This document shows, piece by piece, positions 29,028 to 38,963 of a stretch of DNA of 64,000 bases (the stretch's first letter is position 1; each line of letters opens with the position of its first letter). Below the pieces are notes generated by a model. The model was given only the letters and a program-made list of their open reading frames with translations. It did no database searches and was not told the DNA's origin. The position numbers and the translations under genes are program-made. This DNA comes from Acidobacteriota bacterium (GTDB lineage Bacteria; Acidobacteriota; UBA890; WLXD01). The stretch is from contig CAXWPL010000001.1 of the NCBI GenBank assembly GCA_963666215.2, positions 384,001 to 448,000 of the forward strand. The letters run 5' to 3'.

Positions 29028-30974
29028 ATGATCTCGGTATCCGGCCTCGGTAAGACGTTCGGCGCTCAGACGCTGTTCTCCAACGTCACCTTCCGTCTTA
29101 ACCCGGGCGAACGCTACGGGCTGGTGGGTGCCAACGGCTCCGGCAAGACGACGCTGCTCAACATCCTTACGGGCGACGAGACGCCGAGCGAGGGAACCGT
29201 GTCGGTGGCCAGGCGGCTGAAGCTCGGCGTTTTGCGTCAGGACCAGTTCCTTTACGAGGACGAACGGATCCTCGACGTGGTCATGATGGGCAATCGCGAG
29301 CTCTGGGACGCGATGGTCGAAAAGGACGCGGTGCTGGAGCACGCCGAGGTGAGCTTCGACGCCGACCGCTACGCCGAGCTCGAAGAGATCGTGGTCCGGA
29401 ATGACGGCTACGCCGCCGAGGCACGCGCTGGAGATATTCTGCTGGGCCTGGGGTTTCCCACCAACGTCCACACGAACGCGCTGTCGACACTCTCGGGTGG
29501 CTTCAAGCTCCGGGTTTTGCTGGCCCAGGTTTTGGCCGCAACGCCCGACGCGCTGCTGCTCGACGAGCCGACCAACCATCTCGACATCCTGTCGATCCGA
29601 TGGCTCGAGAAGTTCCTGCAGACATTTGCCGGCCCCGTCGTCGTGATCTCGCATGACCACCGCTTCCTCGACAACGTTTGTAGCAACATCCTCGACGTCG
29701 ACTACGAAACGGTCACCCTCTACAAGGGTAACTACCGGCGTTTCACGACTGCCAAGAAGGAAGAGCGCGACCGTAAGGAGAAGGAGATCTCCAAGCGCGA
29801 GAAGGAGATCGACCACCACCAGCGCTTCGTCGAGCGTTTCCGCGCCAAGGCGAGCAAAGCCCGCCAGGCGCAGAGCAGAGTCCGGATGATCGAGAAAAAG
29901 GCCGAGGGTCTCGTCGATCTGCCACCGAGCTCACGCCGTTTCCCGACCTTCCGTTTCAAGCAGGTGCGACCCACCGGCCGCGACGTGCTCAAGATCGAAG
30001 GCGTCACGAAGGCCTACGGCGACAACCAGGTACTGCACGGCGTCGACCTCACGGTGCGGCGCGGCGATCGCCTCGCGATCATGGGACCGAACGGCATCGG
30101 CAAGTCGACCCTTCTGAAGATCGCCATGGACGAGATCGCGGCCGACGCCGGCACAACAGAGTGGGGGTACGAGACCTACCCGGGGTACTTCGCGCAGGAT
30201 CATCGTCAGCAACTCGAGCCGCCGGAACAGACGGTGGAGGGTGCGATGCTCGACGCCTGCCCGAGCGAGCTGCTGGGCGCGGTGCGCGCTCAGCTCGCGC
30301 TCCTGCTGTTCTCCGGCGACGAGGCGAAGAAGCGCCTCGACGCCCTTTCGGGTGGCGAGGCCGCACGACTCGTCTTCTGCTGGCTCTCCATGCAAAAGCC
30401 CAACGTGCTGGTTCTCGACGAGCCCACCAACCATCTCGACCTCGAGTCAATCGAGTCGCTCGTCGAAGGGCTCAAGAGCTACGACGGGACTCTGATCTTC
30501 GTATCGCACGACCGCTGGTTGGTGTCGAAGCTCGCGACGCGCATCGTCGAGATCAAGCCGGAAGGCATCCTCGACTACGACGGCACCTACGAGGAGTACG
30601 TTCACTACTGTGGCGACGATCATCTCGACGTCGACAGCGTGGTCCTCAAGGCTCGCAAGGAGACCGTTCGCAACAAGAAGAAGAAAGGAGCTAGCGGCGG
30701 CCCGAGGGCTCAGTCTGTTCCGCAGGACCCGGAGACGAAGAAAAAGATTCGTCAGCTCCGCGCACAACGCGACGAGATCACGGTTCTGATTGAAAAAGCG
30801 GAAACTCGCATTGGTGAGATCAACGAGCTGTTTTGTGATCCGGCAATCTTCGAGCGCAGCCGGGCCAAGGAGGCCCGCAAGCTCGAGGCGGAGCAGAAAA
30901 AGAAGCAGTCGACCGTCGAGGAACTGATGGCCGAGTGGCAGCGGGCCGAGGAGCAGTTAGCGACGCTCGAATAG
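29028..30974 (+). CDS. ABC-F family ATP-binding protein (YbiT-like)
   Basis: Two ABC domains (GANGSGKT, LSGG, DEPTNHLD; GPNGIGKST, LSGGE, DEPTNHLD), no TM segments, C-terminal coiled coil. Confidence 0.93.
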   Translation: MISVSGLGKTFGAQTLFSNVTFRLNPGERYGLVGANGSGKTTLLNILTGDETPSEGTVSVARRLKLGVLRQDQFLYEDERILDVVMMGNRELWDAMVEKDAVLEHAEVSFDADRYAELEEIVVRNDGYAAEARAGDILLGLGFPTNVHTNALSTLSGGFKLRVLLAQVLAATPDALLLDEPTNHLDILSIRWLEKFLQTFAGPVVVISHDHRFLDNVCSNILDVDYETVTLYKGNYRRFTTAKKEERDRKEKEISKREKEIDHHQRFVERFRAKASKARQAQSRVRMIEKKAEGLVDLPPSSRRFPTFRFKQVRPTGRDVLKIEGVTKAYGDNQVLHGVDLTVRRGDRLAIMGPNGIGKSTLLKIAMDEIAADAGTTEWGYETYPGYFAQDHRQQLEPPEQTVEGAMLDACPSELLGAVRAQLALLLFSGDEAKKRLDALSGGEAARLVFCWLSMQKPNVLVLDEPTNHLDLESIESLVEGLKSYDGTLIFVSHDRWLVSKLATRIVEIKPEGILDYDGTYEEYVHYCGDDHLDVDSVVLKARKETVRNKKKKGASGGPRAQSVPQDPETKKKIRQLRAQRDEITVLIEKAETRIGEINELFCDPAIFERSRAKEARKLEAEQKKKQSTVEELMAEWQRAEEQLATLE

Positions 30975-31007
30975 AGTGCGCGCGACGTCGGCAGGAGCCA
31001 CCCTAGG

Positions 31008-31132
31008 TGTGTTTTCTAAGTAGGTTGTTCACATCGGGGCTCACTTCTGAGATCAATGGGGTTGTTCTAAGACTCCATGACCTCAGAAGGAGCGCCCGAT
31101 GCAGCTGCATGGTAATGCCCGAACGCCCTCTC
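31008..31132 (+). mobile_element. Left-end remnant of an IS481-family element
   Basis: CCTAGG (31002-31007) followed by TGTGTTTTCTAAGTAGGTTGTTCACA; RBS AGAAGGAG and ATG 31099 giving MQLHGNARTP, an IS481-type transposase N-terminus, cut by the IS3 end. Confidence 0.75.
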
Positions 31133-31202
31133 TGCCAACGTGGGGTGAGACGATGGAGGTTGGATAATTACTGAGCAAGAGGGCGAGGTCGGAGACACAA
31201 GA

Positions 31203-31694
31203 ATGTCGGAGTTGAGCAACAACGGTGCAGGAGACCACGAGGCCACCGGACGTCCGGTGCAGGGAGCCGGAGGCGACCGAAAGCGGACGTCGCGCGAGCC
31301 CGCGGTCCCGGCCCCCGACCCCCAGTTGGTCGAGCGACCACGGCGCCGCAAGTTCACCGCCGAGTACAAGGTCCGGGTGGTACGCGAGGCGGACGGGTGC
31401 TCGAAGCCCGGCGAGGTCGGCGCGCTGCTGCGGCGCGAGGGGCTGTACTCGTCGCATCTGTCGGTGTGGCGTAAGCAGCGTGGCGCCGGGGCATTGGTGG
31501 CGCTGGCTAAGCCACGCGGCCGGCCGGCTCCCGATCCCCGAGACGCGCAGCTTGCCAACCTGCGTCGCCGAGCCGAGCAGGCCGAGGCGGAGCTCGAGAA
31601 AGCACGGCGAGTAATCGAGGTGCAGGGAAACGTCTCCGCGCTTCTGGGAGAGCTGCTCGAGCCCAGGGGCGCCAACGCGACTACCAAGCGATGA
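31203..31694 (+). CDS. IS3-family transposase OrfA
   Basis: RRRKFTAEYK...GALLRREGLYSSHLSVWR HTH plus coiled coil; ATGA overlap with orfB. Confidence 0.88.
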   Translation: MSELSNNGAGDHEATGRPVQGAGGDRKRTSREPAVPAPDPQLVERPRRRKFTAEYKVRVVREADGCSKPGEVGALLRREGLYSSHLSVWRKQRGAGALVALAKPRGRPAPDPRDAQLANLRRRAEQAEAELEKARRVIEVQGNVSALLGELLEPRGANATTKR

Positions 31695-32695
31695 TCGAGC
31701 AAACCGTCGAACAACTCACTCCCATCATCGGGACTCGCCCGGCGTGCCGGACGCTGGGCGCCTCGCACGCGACGATCTACCGCCGCCGCCGGCCGCCTGC
31801 GCGCCGACCGAGCCGTCCGCGGCCCAAGCCGGCGAGGGCGCTGTCGGAGCCTGAACGTCACGAGGTGCTCGCCGAGTTGCATAGTGAGCGCTTCGTCGAC
31901 TGCGCTCCTGCCCAGGTATGGGCGACGCTGCTGGACGAAGGCCGCTACCTGGCATCGGAGCGCACGATGTACCGGATCCTCGCCGCCCAGGGCGAGGGCG
32001 GCGAGCGGCGCAACCAGCTCGTGCACCCGCCCTACAACGAGCCCGAGCTGCTCGCCGAGCGCGTCAATGAGGTGTGGTCGTGGGACATATCCAAACTGCG
32101 AGGCCCTGCCAAGTGGACCTACTTCTACCTGTACGTCATCCTCGACGTGTTCAGCCGCTACGTGGTGGGCTGGACTCTCCAGCACCGCGAGAGCGGTCCC
32201 TTGGCCGAGCAGCTCATCGACCAGGCGCTGCTCCAGCAACGCATCGGACCTGATCAGCTCACCATCCACGCCGACCGCGGCAGCTCGATGACCTCCAAGC
32301 CGGTCGCCTTCCTGCTCGCCGATCTCGGGGTCACCAAGACACACTCGCGGCCCTACACCTCGTCGGACAATCCCTACTCGGAGGCCCACTTCAGGACGCT
32401 CAAGTACCGACCCGAGTTCCCTGCTCGCTTCGAGTCGATCGAACACGCCCGTCTCTTTTGCCGCATGTTCTTCCACTGGTACAACCACCAGCATCGCCAC
32501 TCGGGCATCGGCCTGATGACTCCGGCGACGGTGCAGGACGGGCTCGCCCAGCAGACCCGCGACCGGCGTGCCGAAGTCCTGCTGGCCGCCTACCGGGCGC
32601 GACCTGAGCGCTTCGTCAACCACCCGCCCCGACCGCCGGCGATCCCCACCGCCGTCTGGATCAACAAGCCTGCCACCCTCGAGAATGCTCACTAA
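31691..32695 (+). CDS. IS3-family transposase OrfB (rve DDE)
   Basis: WSWDISKL, LDVFSRYVVGW, HADRGSSM, DNPYSEAHFRTLK, YNHQHRHSGI. Confidence 0.93.
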   Translation: MIEQTVEQLTPIIGTRPACRTLGASHATIYRRRRPPARRPSRPRPKPARALSEPERHEVLAELHSERFVDCAPAQVWATLLDEGRYLASERTMYRILAAQGEGGERRNQLVHPPYNEPELLAERVNEVWSWDISKLRGPAKWTYFYLYVILDVFSRYVVGWTLQHRESGPLAEQLIDQALLQQRIGPDQLTIHADRGSSMTSKPVAFLLADLGVTKTHSRPYTSSDNPYSEAHFRTLKYRPEFPARFESIEHARLFCRMFFHWYNHQHRHSGIGLMTPATVQDGLAQQTRDRRAEVLLAAYRARPERFVNHPPRPPAIPTAVWINKPATLENAH

Positions 32696-32761
32696 TTACG
32701 CGTGACCACCGTCTCATCCGCGTTGACACGACGCGTCGGAGCAAGTTGATATCGCGATCAC

Positions 32762-32935
32762 CTACTCCTCTACCTCGTCTCGAAGGGTGCTGATGTCACC
32801 GCGCTCAACCGCGAGGGGCAATCCGTGGCTGACCTCGCCAACGGGCCCGTTCAGCGCATCCAGCCGTTTCCCGAGACGCTGACACTGCTCGAACGACTTG
32901 GCGCCGACAATCACGACAACTGCGTCTCCTGCTAG
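32762..32935 (+). pseudogene. C-terminal fragment of ankyrin-repeat protein
   Basis: Manual translation LLLYLVSKGADVTALNREGQSVADLANGPVQRIQPFPETLTLLERLGADNHDNCVSC*; in-frame stop upstream at 32747 and no start. Confidence 0.75.
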
Positions 32936-32937
32936 AT

Positions 32938-33078
32938 ATCTCCACGGACGTGGTCGAGGCGCTGGAACGTTTCCTCGAGGCGCGTGAGGATCTGGAGATC
33001 GCCCTCGAGCGTTTCCGCGACCCGAACGCCGAATGGGTCAACCACGACGACGTTCGACGTGAGCTCGACCTCGATTGA
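32938..33078 (+). pseudogene. 5'-truncated RelB-type antitoxin
   Basis: Manual translation ISTDVVEALERFLEAREDLEIALERFRDPNAEWVNHDDVRRELDLD*; acidic, overlaps the toxin start, lacks the N-terminal DNA-binding strand. Confidence 0.65.
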
Positions 33079-33316
33079 GATCCGCTGGGAGCGGCGAGCT
33101 GTCAAGGAGCTTCGCGCGCTGCCCAAGGATAGTCAGCGCCGCGTGGTCAGCGCAGTCGAGACGCTCCGTCACGATCCACTCCGCGGTTCGATGCTACGCG
33201 CCGATCTCAAAGGCCTACGCCGCCTCCGCGTGGGTCGCTATCGCGTGATCTTCGCGTTCGATGGCACGGAGCTCCTCGTTTCAGTCGTCCGAGTGGGGCA
33301 CCGGCGGGACGTGTAG
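33059..33316 (+). CDS. relE: RelE/ParE family toxin (C-terminal Tyr apparently replaced by stop)
   Basis: RAVKELRALP...LKGLRRLRVGRYRVIF...VVRVGHRRDV* followed by CGG TAG. Confidence 0.85.
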   Translation: MSSTSIEIRWERRAVKELRALPKDSQRRVVSAVETLRHDPLRGSMLRADLKGLRRLRVGRYRVIFAFDGTELLVSVVRVGHRRDV

Positions 33317-33425
33317 CGGTAGCCCGAGCGTCGCGCCCGCTTAGAGAGCCTGCCTTCGCTCCTCCGGCTACTCCGCGATAGCATGGCCACGCCGTCGGCT
33401 CTCCCCGCCGAACCGGAGACGAACC

Positions 33426-34442
33426 ATGCGACTCGGAACACTTCTGCTTTTTCTTGTGTTTCTGCTGCCGCAGGCACCCGCGGAGATCGAGCCCGCGGCT
33501 CTGGACGGGTACGGACCCTGGCGATTCGGGATGACCCGGGAGCAGGTCGAATCCGTGCTTCGAACAGGCGACCCCTATGCGCGCGGGCTGACGGACAGCG
33601 ACTTCCCTCGAGTGCAGGAGCTTGCCGACGGCGTGTACTCGTACGAGCAACTGCGATCGGCAAGCGACGAAAAGTTCACAACCGTGAGCATGTTCGTGGT
33701 GACCGACGAAGGTGTGCTCGTCGCCGACGGCCAGGGGACGCCAAACGAGACCCAGCTCCTGGTCGACACCATCGCGGGAATCACCGACCGGCCGATCACC
33801 CACGTGGTGGTGTGCTCGGACCACGGCGATCACACGGCCGGCAACATGGCCTTCCCCAACACCGCCGCGTTCTTCGCCCACCCGACCTCAAAGGCAACGC
33901 TCGAGACCATGGCGGCAGCGGATCGCCCCGGACCGGCGCCTCCGGTGATCGTTCCCACCGAGGTGGTCAACGGAGAGCGAGTGCTGCAACTCGGCGGTAG
34001 GGAAATCAGGCTCGTCTTTCTCGGCCGCGCGCACACCGGTGGAGATCTACACGTGTACTTGCCGGAAGAAAAGATCCTCTTCATGAGCGAGGCCTACCTC
34101 AACCGCATCTTCCCGGCGATGCGCTCGGCGTACCCGTCCGAATGGGTGACGGCGATCGAGCGAGCCCAGGAAATGGACGTCGACACCTACGTCCCGGGCC
34201 ACGGCTTCGTGGACTCGCCCGAGATCTTGCGCGAGGAGCTCGAGACCTACCGCTTGGCGCTACTACAAGTCATCGCCGAGGCTCAACGCCTGCACGCCGC
34301 GGGCCTCACCGCCGACGAAGCCGTTGAGCAAGCGGAATTCGGAGATCTGCAGAGTTGGTCGCTGAGCGCGAGCCAGGCCGGCACTGCGATCCGCCGTGTG
34401 TACCTGGAGCTCGAGGGCGAGCTACCCGCTCCCGTTCAATGA
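33426..34442 (+). CDS. Secreted MBL-fold metallo-hydrolase with degenerate metal motif
   Basis: EGVLVADG, CSDHGDHTAGN, RAHTGGDL, VPGHG. Confidence 0.85.
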   Translation: MRLGTLLLFLVFLLPQAPAEIEPAALDGYGPWRFGMTREQVESVLRTGDPYARGLTDSDFPRVQELADGVYSYEQLRSASDEKFTTVSMFVVTDEGVLVADGQGTPNETQLLVDTIAGITDRPITHVVVCSDHGDHTAGNMAFPNTAAFFAHPTSKATLETMAAADRPGPAPPVIVPTEVVNGERVLQLGGREIRLVFLGRAHTGGDLHVYLPEEKILFMSEAYLNRIFPAMRSAYPSEWVTAIERAQEMDVDTYVPGHGFVDSPEILREELETYRLALLQVIAEAQRLHAAGLTADEAVEQAEFGDLQSWSLSASQAGTAIRRVYLELEGELPAPVQ

Positions 34443-34555
34443 AGAAGCTCGCCGGCCGCGTGGCGCTGGTCTCGAGCAGCGGGCGAGGTATCGGGCGAGC
34501 GGTGGCGATCAAGCTCGCGAGTGAGGGCGCGACGGCGAGGCGGAGGCCGCGATGA
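34439..34555 (+). pseudogene. N-terminal fragment of SDR oxidoreductase
   Basis: ATGA overlap with the MBL stop; MKKLAGRVALVSSSGRGIGRAVAIKLASEGA, then similarity is lost and a stop follows. Confidence 0.75.
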
Positions 34556-34607
34556 GCGTCAAGCGCGTGCGCCCGGAACGGTGTGGGAGTTGAGGCGTGG
34601 AGAGCGC

Positions 34608-35813
34608 TCAGTGCGTCCCGGCCGACTTGCGCTCCGAGACCGCGCGGTCGGCGCGGAAACGATCCATCGAGAACGGGGCGATCAGATCGGGAACGCGATC
34701 GGTGGCGATCAACTCGGCGAGCATGTAGGCGTTGACCGGCGTCAGCTTGAATCCCCAGGTGCCGAGACCGGTGTCGATCGTGAAGCGCTCGATGGGCGTG
34801 CGTCCCATGATCGGCGAGTAGTCGGGCGTCATGTCACAGATCCCGGCCCACTGCCGGAGGATGCGGAGCTTTGCCGTCCACGGGCAGAGATCCATCAAAC
34901 GATTGGAAGCTGACGACAGAAAGGGCCACGTCGAGCGCGTGTTGTAGCTCGGATACGGATCGATCTCGGCGCCCACCAGCACCTCGCCGCGCGACGTTTG
35001 CGACACGTAGAAGTGCAGATCGTCGGATGCCACGACACGATCGAGCACCGGCTTGTACGACTCGGTGACGAAAGCCTGTAGCGGGTGCGACGAGATGGGC
35101 AAGCGAATACCGAGCTTGGTCGTGATGGTCGACACGAAGCCGCCCAAGGCAGCGTGCACGGCGCCCGCTGTCACCGTCCCGTCCGGCGTCTCGATACCGA
35201 CCGCGCGCCCGTTCTCAACCAGCACATCCAGCACCGGCGCGCCCTGGTGGATGTCGACGCCCGCCTGGTAGGCGCGCGACGCATAGCCCCAGGCGACGCC
35301 GTCGTGACGACTCGCCTTGCCGCGCGGATGGTAGGCGCCGCCAAGAATCGGGCGCTCGCCGCACTGCATGTCGATCACCGGGCAGATCTTGTGGATCTCT
35401 TCGGGCGTCAGCAGGTTGGTCTCCACACCGAACTGCTGGTTGATCGAGGCGCGTTCGGCCTGGCTGTCGAGCGTGTGCGGTGAGTGCGCCAGCCACAGCA
35501 GGCCGCGCTGCGAGATCATCAGGTTGAAGTCGAGCTCACGCGACAGTTCCTCGTACATCTCGAGGCTGCGCTGGTACAGCGGCACCGTCTCGGGAGCGAT
35601 GTAGTTCGAACGAATGACTGTGGTGTTGCGGCCAGTGCCACCGCCACCGATGTAGCCGCGCTCGAAAACCGCGACGTTGGTGATGCCGTGTTGCTTGGCC
35701 AGGTAGTAGGCGCATCCCAGTCCGTGGCCACCGCCGCCGATGATGATGACGTCGTAGTGGCTCTTGACCGGCCGGGTTCCGAGAAACACCTGTTCGCGGA
35801 AGAAGCCACTCAC
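34608..35813 (-). CDS. soxB: Sarcosine oxidase subunit beta family FAD-dependent oxidoreductase
   Basis: IIGGGGHG, GRNTTVIRSNY, RHDGVAWGY, HPLQAFVTE, DMTPDYSPIMG, GTWGFK. GTG start at 35813. Confidence 0.88.
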   Translation of the reverse strand: MSGFFREQVFLGTRPVKSHYDVIIIGGGGHGLGCAYYLAKQHGITNVAVFERGYIGGGGTGRNTTVIRSNYIAPETVPLYQRSLEMYEELSRELDFNLMISQRGLLWLAHSPHTLDSQAERASINQQFGVETNLLTPEEIHKICPVIDMQCGERPILGGAYHPRGKASRHDGVAWGYASRAYQAGVDIHQGAPVLDVLVENGRAVGIETPDGTVTAGAVHAALGGFVSTITTKLGIRLPISSHPLQAFVTESYKPVLDRVVASDDLHFYVSQTSRGEVLVGAEIDPYPSYNTRSTWPFLSSASNRLMDLCPWTAKLRILRQWAGICDMTPDYSPIMGRTPIERFTIDTGLGTWGFKLTPVNAYMLAELIATDRVPDLIAPFSMDRFRADRAVSERKSAGTH

Positions 35814-36586
35814 TCTTCTGGCCTCCCATCGGCCGGCGACGAGCTCGGAGTCGGGCCGCCTATCCGGATCCAATCGGTGGGCAACTCGAACTCCCATGTC
35901 GGGCCCACCTCGGGCGCGAGGTCGCCGCACATCTGCAGCACGCGGTCGCGCACGTGATGGCCGACGAGCGAGTTCACCATCAGGCACAGCCGATCGGGCA
36001 GCGCCAACACCTTCGAGCCCACGCTGCAGAGCCCACCCTGCGCGAATCCTGGCCGTGCGGAACGCAGCGGAACCGCTGAGAGACGCTCGAACGCGGCTTG
36101 CGCGCCAGATTGAGCATCCGGTTGTGCGGCGGCCTCGGAAGGATCGAACGGCGTGAGCGACCAGATCGACCAGGCATCGGTCATCGGCATGACCAGAGCG
36201 TTGGCATCGGTTTCGTGCAACAAGGCGGCCGCTGCCGCCGCGATCGAATCCGTGGCCGATGGCGGACCGACGAGAAGAACCTCATCCGCAGCAACACGGA
36301 CGGCCAACGCGCCCGCAATCGATCGCGGCGTACGGGAGCCGTCAGAATCACCGACGTCACGCGAGCGTGCGCTGGCCGCCAAACCTTCGGCGGACGGTCG
36401 GGCGGAGGGTCCCGCGTAAGAGCGTAGGCCACCCAACCGATCCATCGCAGGCGGCGCCCCGAGACACAACACCACGGATGCCGACACCGGACAGAGCTCC
36501 AGGTCTCGAGTCGGGGGAGTCGGGGGAGTCGGGGTCGGCGGTACCGGCGGGGTTGGAGGAGCGGGGGGAGTTGGCGCTTCAGGCAC
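35810..36586 (-). CDS. Sarcosine oxidase subunit gamma-like protein
   Basis: Between the alpha and beta genes with overlaps; AVRVAADEVLLVG, MTDAWSIWSL, GFAQG; Pro/Thr-rich N-terminus. Confidence 0.6.
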   Translation of the reverse strand: MPEAPTPPAPPTPPVPPTPTPPTPPTRDLELCPVSASVVLCLGAPPAMDRLGGLRSYAGPSARPSAEGLAASARSRDVGDSDGSRTPRSIAGALAVRVAADEVLLVGPPSATDSIAAAAAALLHETDANALVMPMTDAWSIWSLTPFDPSEAAAQPDAQSGAQAAFERLSAVPLRSARPGFAQGGLCSVGSKVLALPDRLCLMVNSLVGHHVRDRVLQMCGDLAPEVGPTWEFELPTDWIRIGGPTPSSSPADGRPEE

Positions 36587-38863
36587 GGACTCGCACTCCC
36601 TTCGGGTCGTAGAACGGCAGCTCGGTGACCGTCCCGCGACGACCTTCGGCATCGACGACCTCGGGGAAACGCCCGTTCCTGCGCCGCAGCCAGCCCAGCG
36701 CCACCCCTTGCCGCAGCGTGGGTGAGTAGCCGGAGGAGCTCAGGTAGCCAGCGTACTCCCCGTCGACGGTAAGAGTGGTGCCTTGCAGCGGTGCCGACTC
36801 GCCCGGGAACACGACACCGACGAGCTTCTTGTCGATGTCGTTGGCCGCCATACGCTCGAGCGCCGTCCGGCCCACGAAGTACTGCTTTCCCATCTTCACC
36901 GACCAGCTCATGCCCACCTTGGCCGGCGTGCAATCGAAGTCGGTATCCATGCCCACGACAATGTGGCCCTTCTCGAGTCGCAGCAGCAGCAGCGGATCTA
37001 GCCCATGCGGTCGAAGGCCCATCGGCCTGCCGGCCACCGAGAGCGCGTCCCAAAGCTCCACGCTGCGCCCGCTCGGGTGGTGCAGCTCGAAGCCGAGCTC
37101 GCCAACGAACCCGAGTCGAAGAGCGCGGCACTCCACACCGGCCACGCGGATCTCGCGATGCGTGGCGAAGGGAAACGATTCTGCGTCAATCGGGTCGTCG
37201 CAAATCGTGGCGAGCAACTCGCGCGAGCGCGGACCGGCGAGGTTGATCGCTCCGACAGATGCGGTTTGGTTGACGATGTGGACGCGCAGTCCCCAGATTT
37301 CGGCCCAATCCTTGAGCCACCCCTCACCCTGCTCCGCTCCGGCGCTCGTGAAGGTGACGTAGTAGCTGTCGGGGTCGCGCGCGATCGGACAGACGAGGCC
37401 GTCGTCGAAGATATAGCCGGCCTCGTTGAGGACGATCGTGTAGCGCAGCCGACCCGCGGCGAGATCGCCGACGTGGCACGGATAGATGCGCTCGAGAAAC
37501 TCGGTGGCGTCTGGCCCGGCGATCAGGAACTTACCCAGCGTACCGACATCCATGATGCTGACGCCGTTGCGCACCGCGTCGTATTCGGCGTCCTCATCGC
37601 CGTAGTGGATGGGGCGTTTCCAAGCGCCGAACCAACCCATCGTGGCGCCCTGCTCGAGATGCCGATCGTGAAGGCTCGAGCGCAGCTCGACGACGTACCG
37701 CAGCTCGACGACGTACCGCAGCCCGGCCGCGGCGTCTTGCACCCGCACCGGACGCGCTGGAGGCCGCGCCGTGGTGGCCTTCGAGAACGGCTGCTGCGGC
37801 AGTCGTTCGGTCACGAACGCTCGCATGTGGCCGTGGCACATCGCCCCCTGGCAAGGGCCCATCGTTGCGGTGGTGTAGCGCTTGAGTAACTCGGTGGACT
37901 GGTATCCCTCGTTCCAGGCGGCCTCGAACTCCTTGCGGGTCACGTCCTCACACAGGCAAACGATGCCGTCGCCACACGAGCTCGGCAGTGGTCCGGCCTC
38001 CGGTTTCTGCGCCGCGTAAGGATCGACCGTCAGCGGACCGTCAGCGAAGTTGACCGCCCCTTTTTCGTCGGACCTGTCGGGTCTGGCGGCGCGCTGGCCG
38101 CTGGTGGTCGCGGCTTCGAGCGAGCATCCAGGGAGCACGACCTCGCCCGCTCCGGCCACGGGCTCACTCACCGCCTGTCGCAGCAGCCCGGCGCGAGGCT
38201 GCAGCCCCAGGGACATCACGACCGCGTCGCAAGCAATCGCCTCGGTGCCACCTCCCGTGTCAACAGCAACGGCGCTCACACGCTTGCTGCCGAGCGCACG
38301 AACAAGCCGCGCGCCCGCAAGAACGCGAGCGTCGACTGCGAAGCTGGGGGCCAACTCCTCGGTGGTCACCACGGCAGCGAGTTTCATTCCCGCCGACACG
38401 AGCGTCGCGGCGTGCGCCGGACTCTCGGCGGTCAAGCCCACAAAAACCGCTGTCTCACCCGGCGCCAGACCGTGAACCCCGGCCATACGCGCGGCACCGC
38501 GTCCGAGCCAGATCCCCGGAAGATCGCTGCCGGGAAAAACCGCGTGCTCTTCGACGGCTCCGGTAGCCACCACGACGCGCCTCGGGTGCACCAGCCACGG
38601 TCAAAGTCGGCAGATGGCCAGGCGTTCTCCCGCCTCACGGTTTGGCCCGCGACCGCCGGGGTACAGCAAGCCTTCAGTGCAGGCTCCTTGTTGACGCTCA
38701 CCATGCAATTGGGACAGTCCCCAGTGAGGCAGTAGAGACCGCGGCGGCGGTGGTACTTGAAGGAACGCGAGAACGTCGACACGCCGGCGCGATGCAGCGC
38801 CGAGGCAATCGTGTCGCCTTCAGCGATCTCGACCTTGCGGCCTTCGAAGCTCAGCACGGCCAT
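36579..38863 (-). pseudogene. soxA: Sarcosine oxidase alpha / GcvT-like protein with internal deletion and frame break near 38595
   Basis: N-terminus GDTIASAL...SRSFKYHRRRG...CPNC...NAWPS in one frame. VVVATGA, CLCEDV, KRYTTATMGPCQG, DVGTLGK, GFVGELGFE, LRLEKGH, PFYDPKG in another. The first GxGxxG segment is absent. Confidence 0.8.
37681..37721. repeat. Exact 18-bp tandem duplication (in-frame RYVVEL x2)
   Basis: CGCAGCTCGACGACGTAC twice, followed by CGCAG. Confidence 0.9.
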
Positions 38864-38963
38864 GCGATGGTCGCTCGTTGCACGGCCACGGAAACGATCT
38901 CACCCCACGCTCCAGCGTTCGCCCGCGAACGAGGGTCGAAACCCGACACATCGACGCCACGAC

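Larger units (their letters stand above)
31133..32728 (+). mobile_element. IS3-family insertion sequence, 1596 bp
   Basis: Imperfect terminal inverted repeats TGCCAACGTGGGGTGAGACGATGG and (reverse complement of the right end) TGTCAACGCGGATGAGACGGTGG; two ORFs; no target duplication visible. Confidence 0.88.

Noticed and set aside
36508-36575. G-rich GTCGGGGGA repeats as a CRISPR array or regulatory quadruplex
   Set aside because: Short, degenerate and spacer-free; explained by the Pro/Thr-rich N-terminus of the gamma-like subunit.
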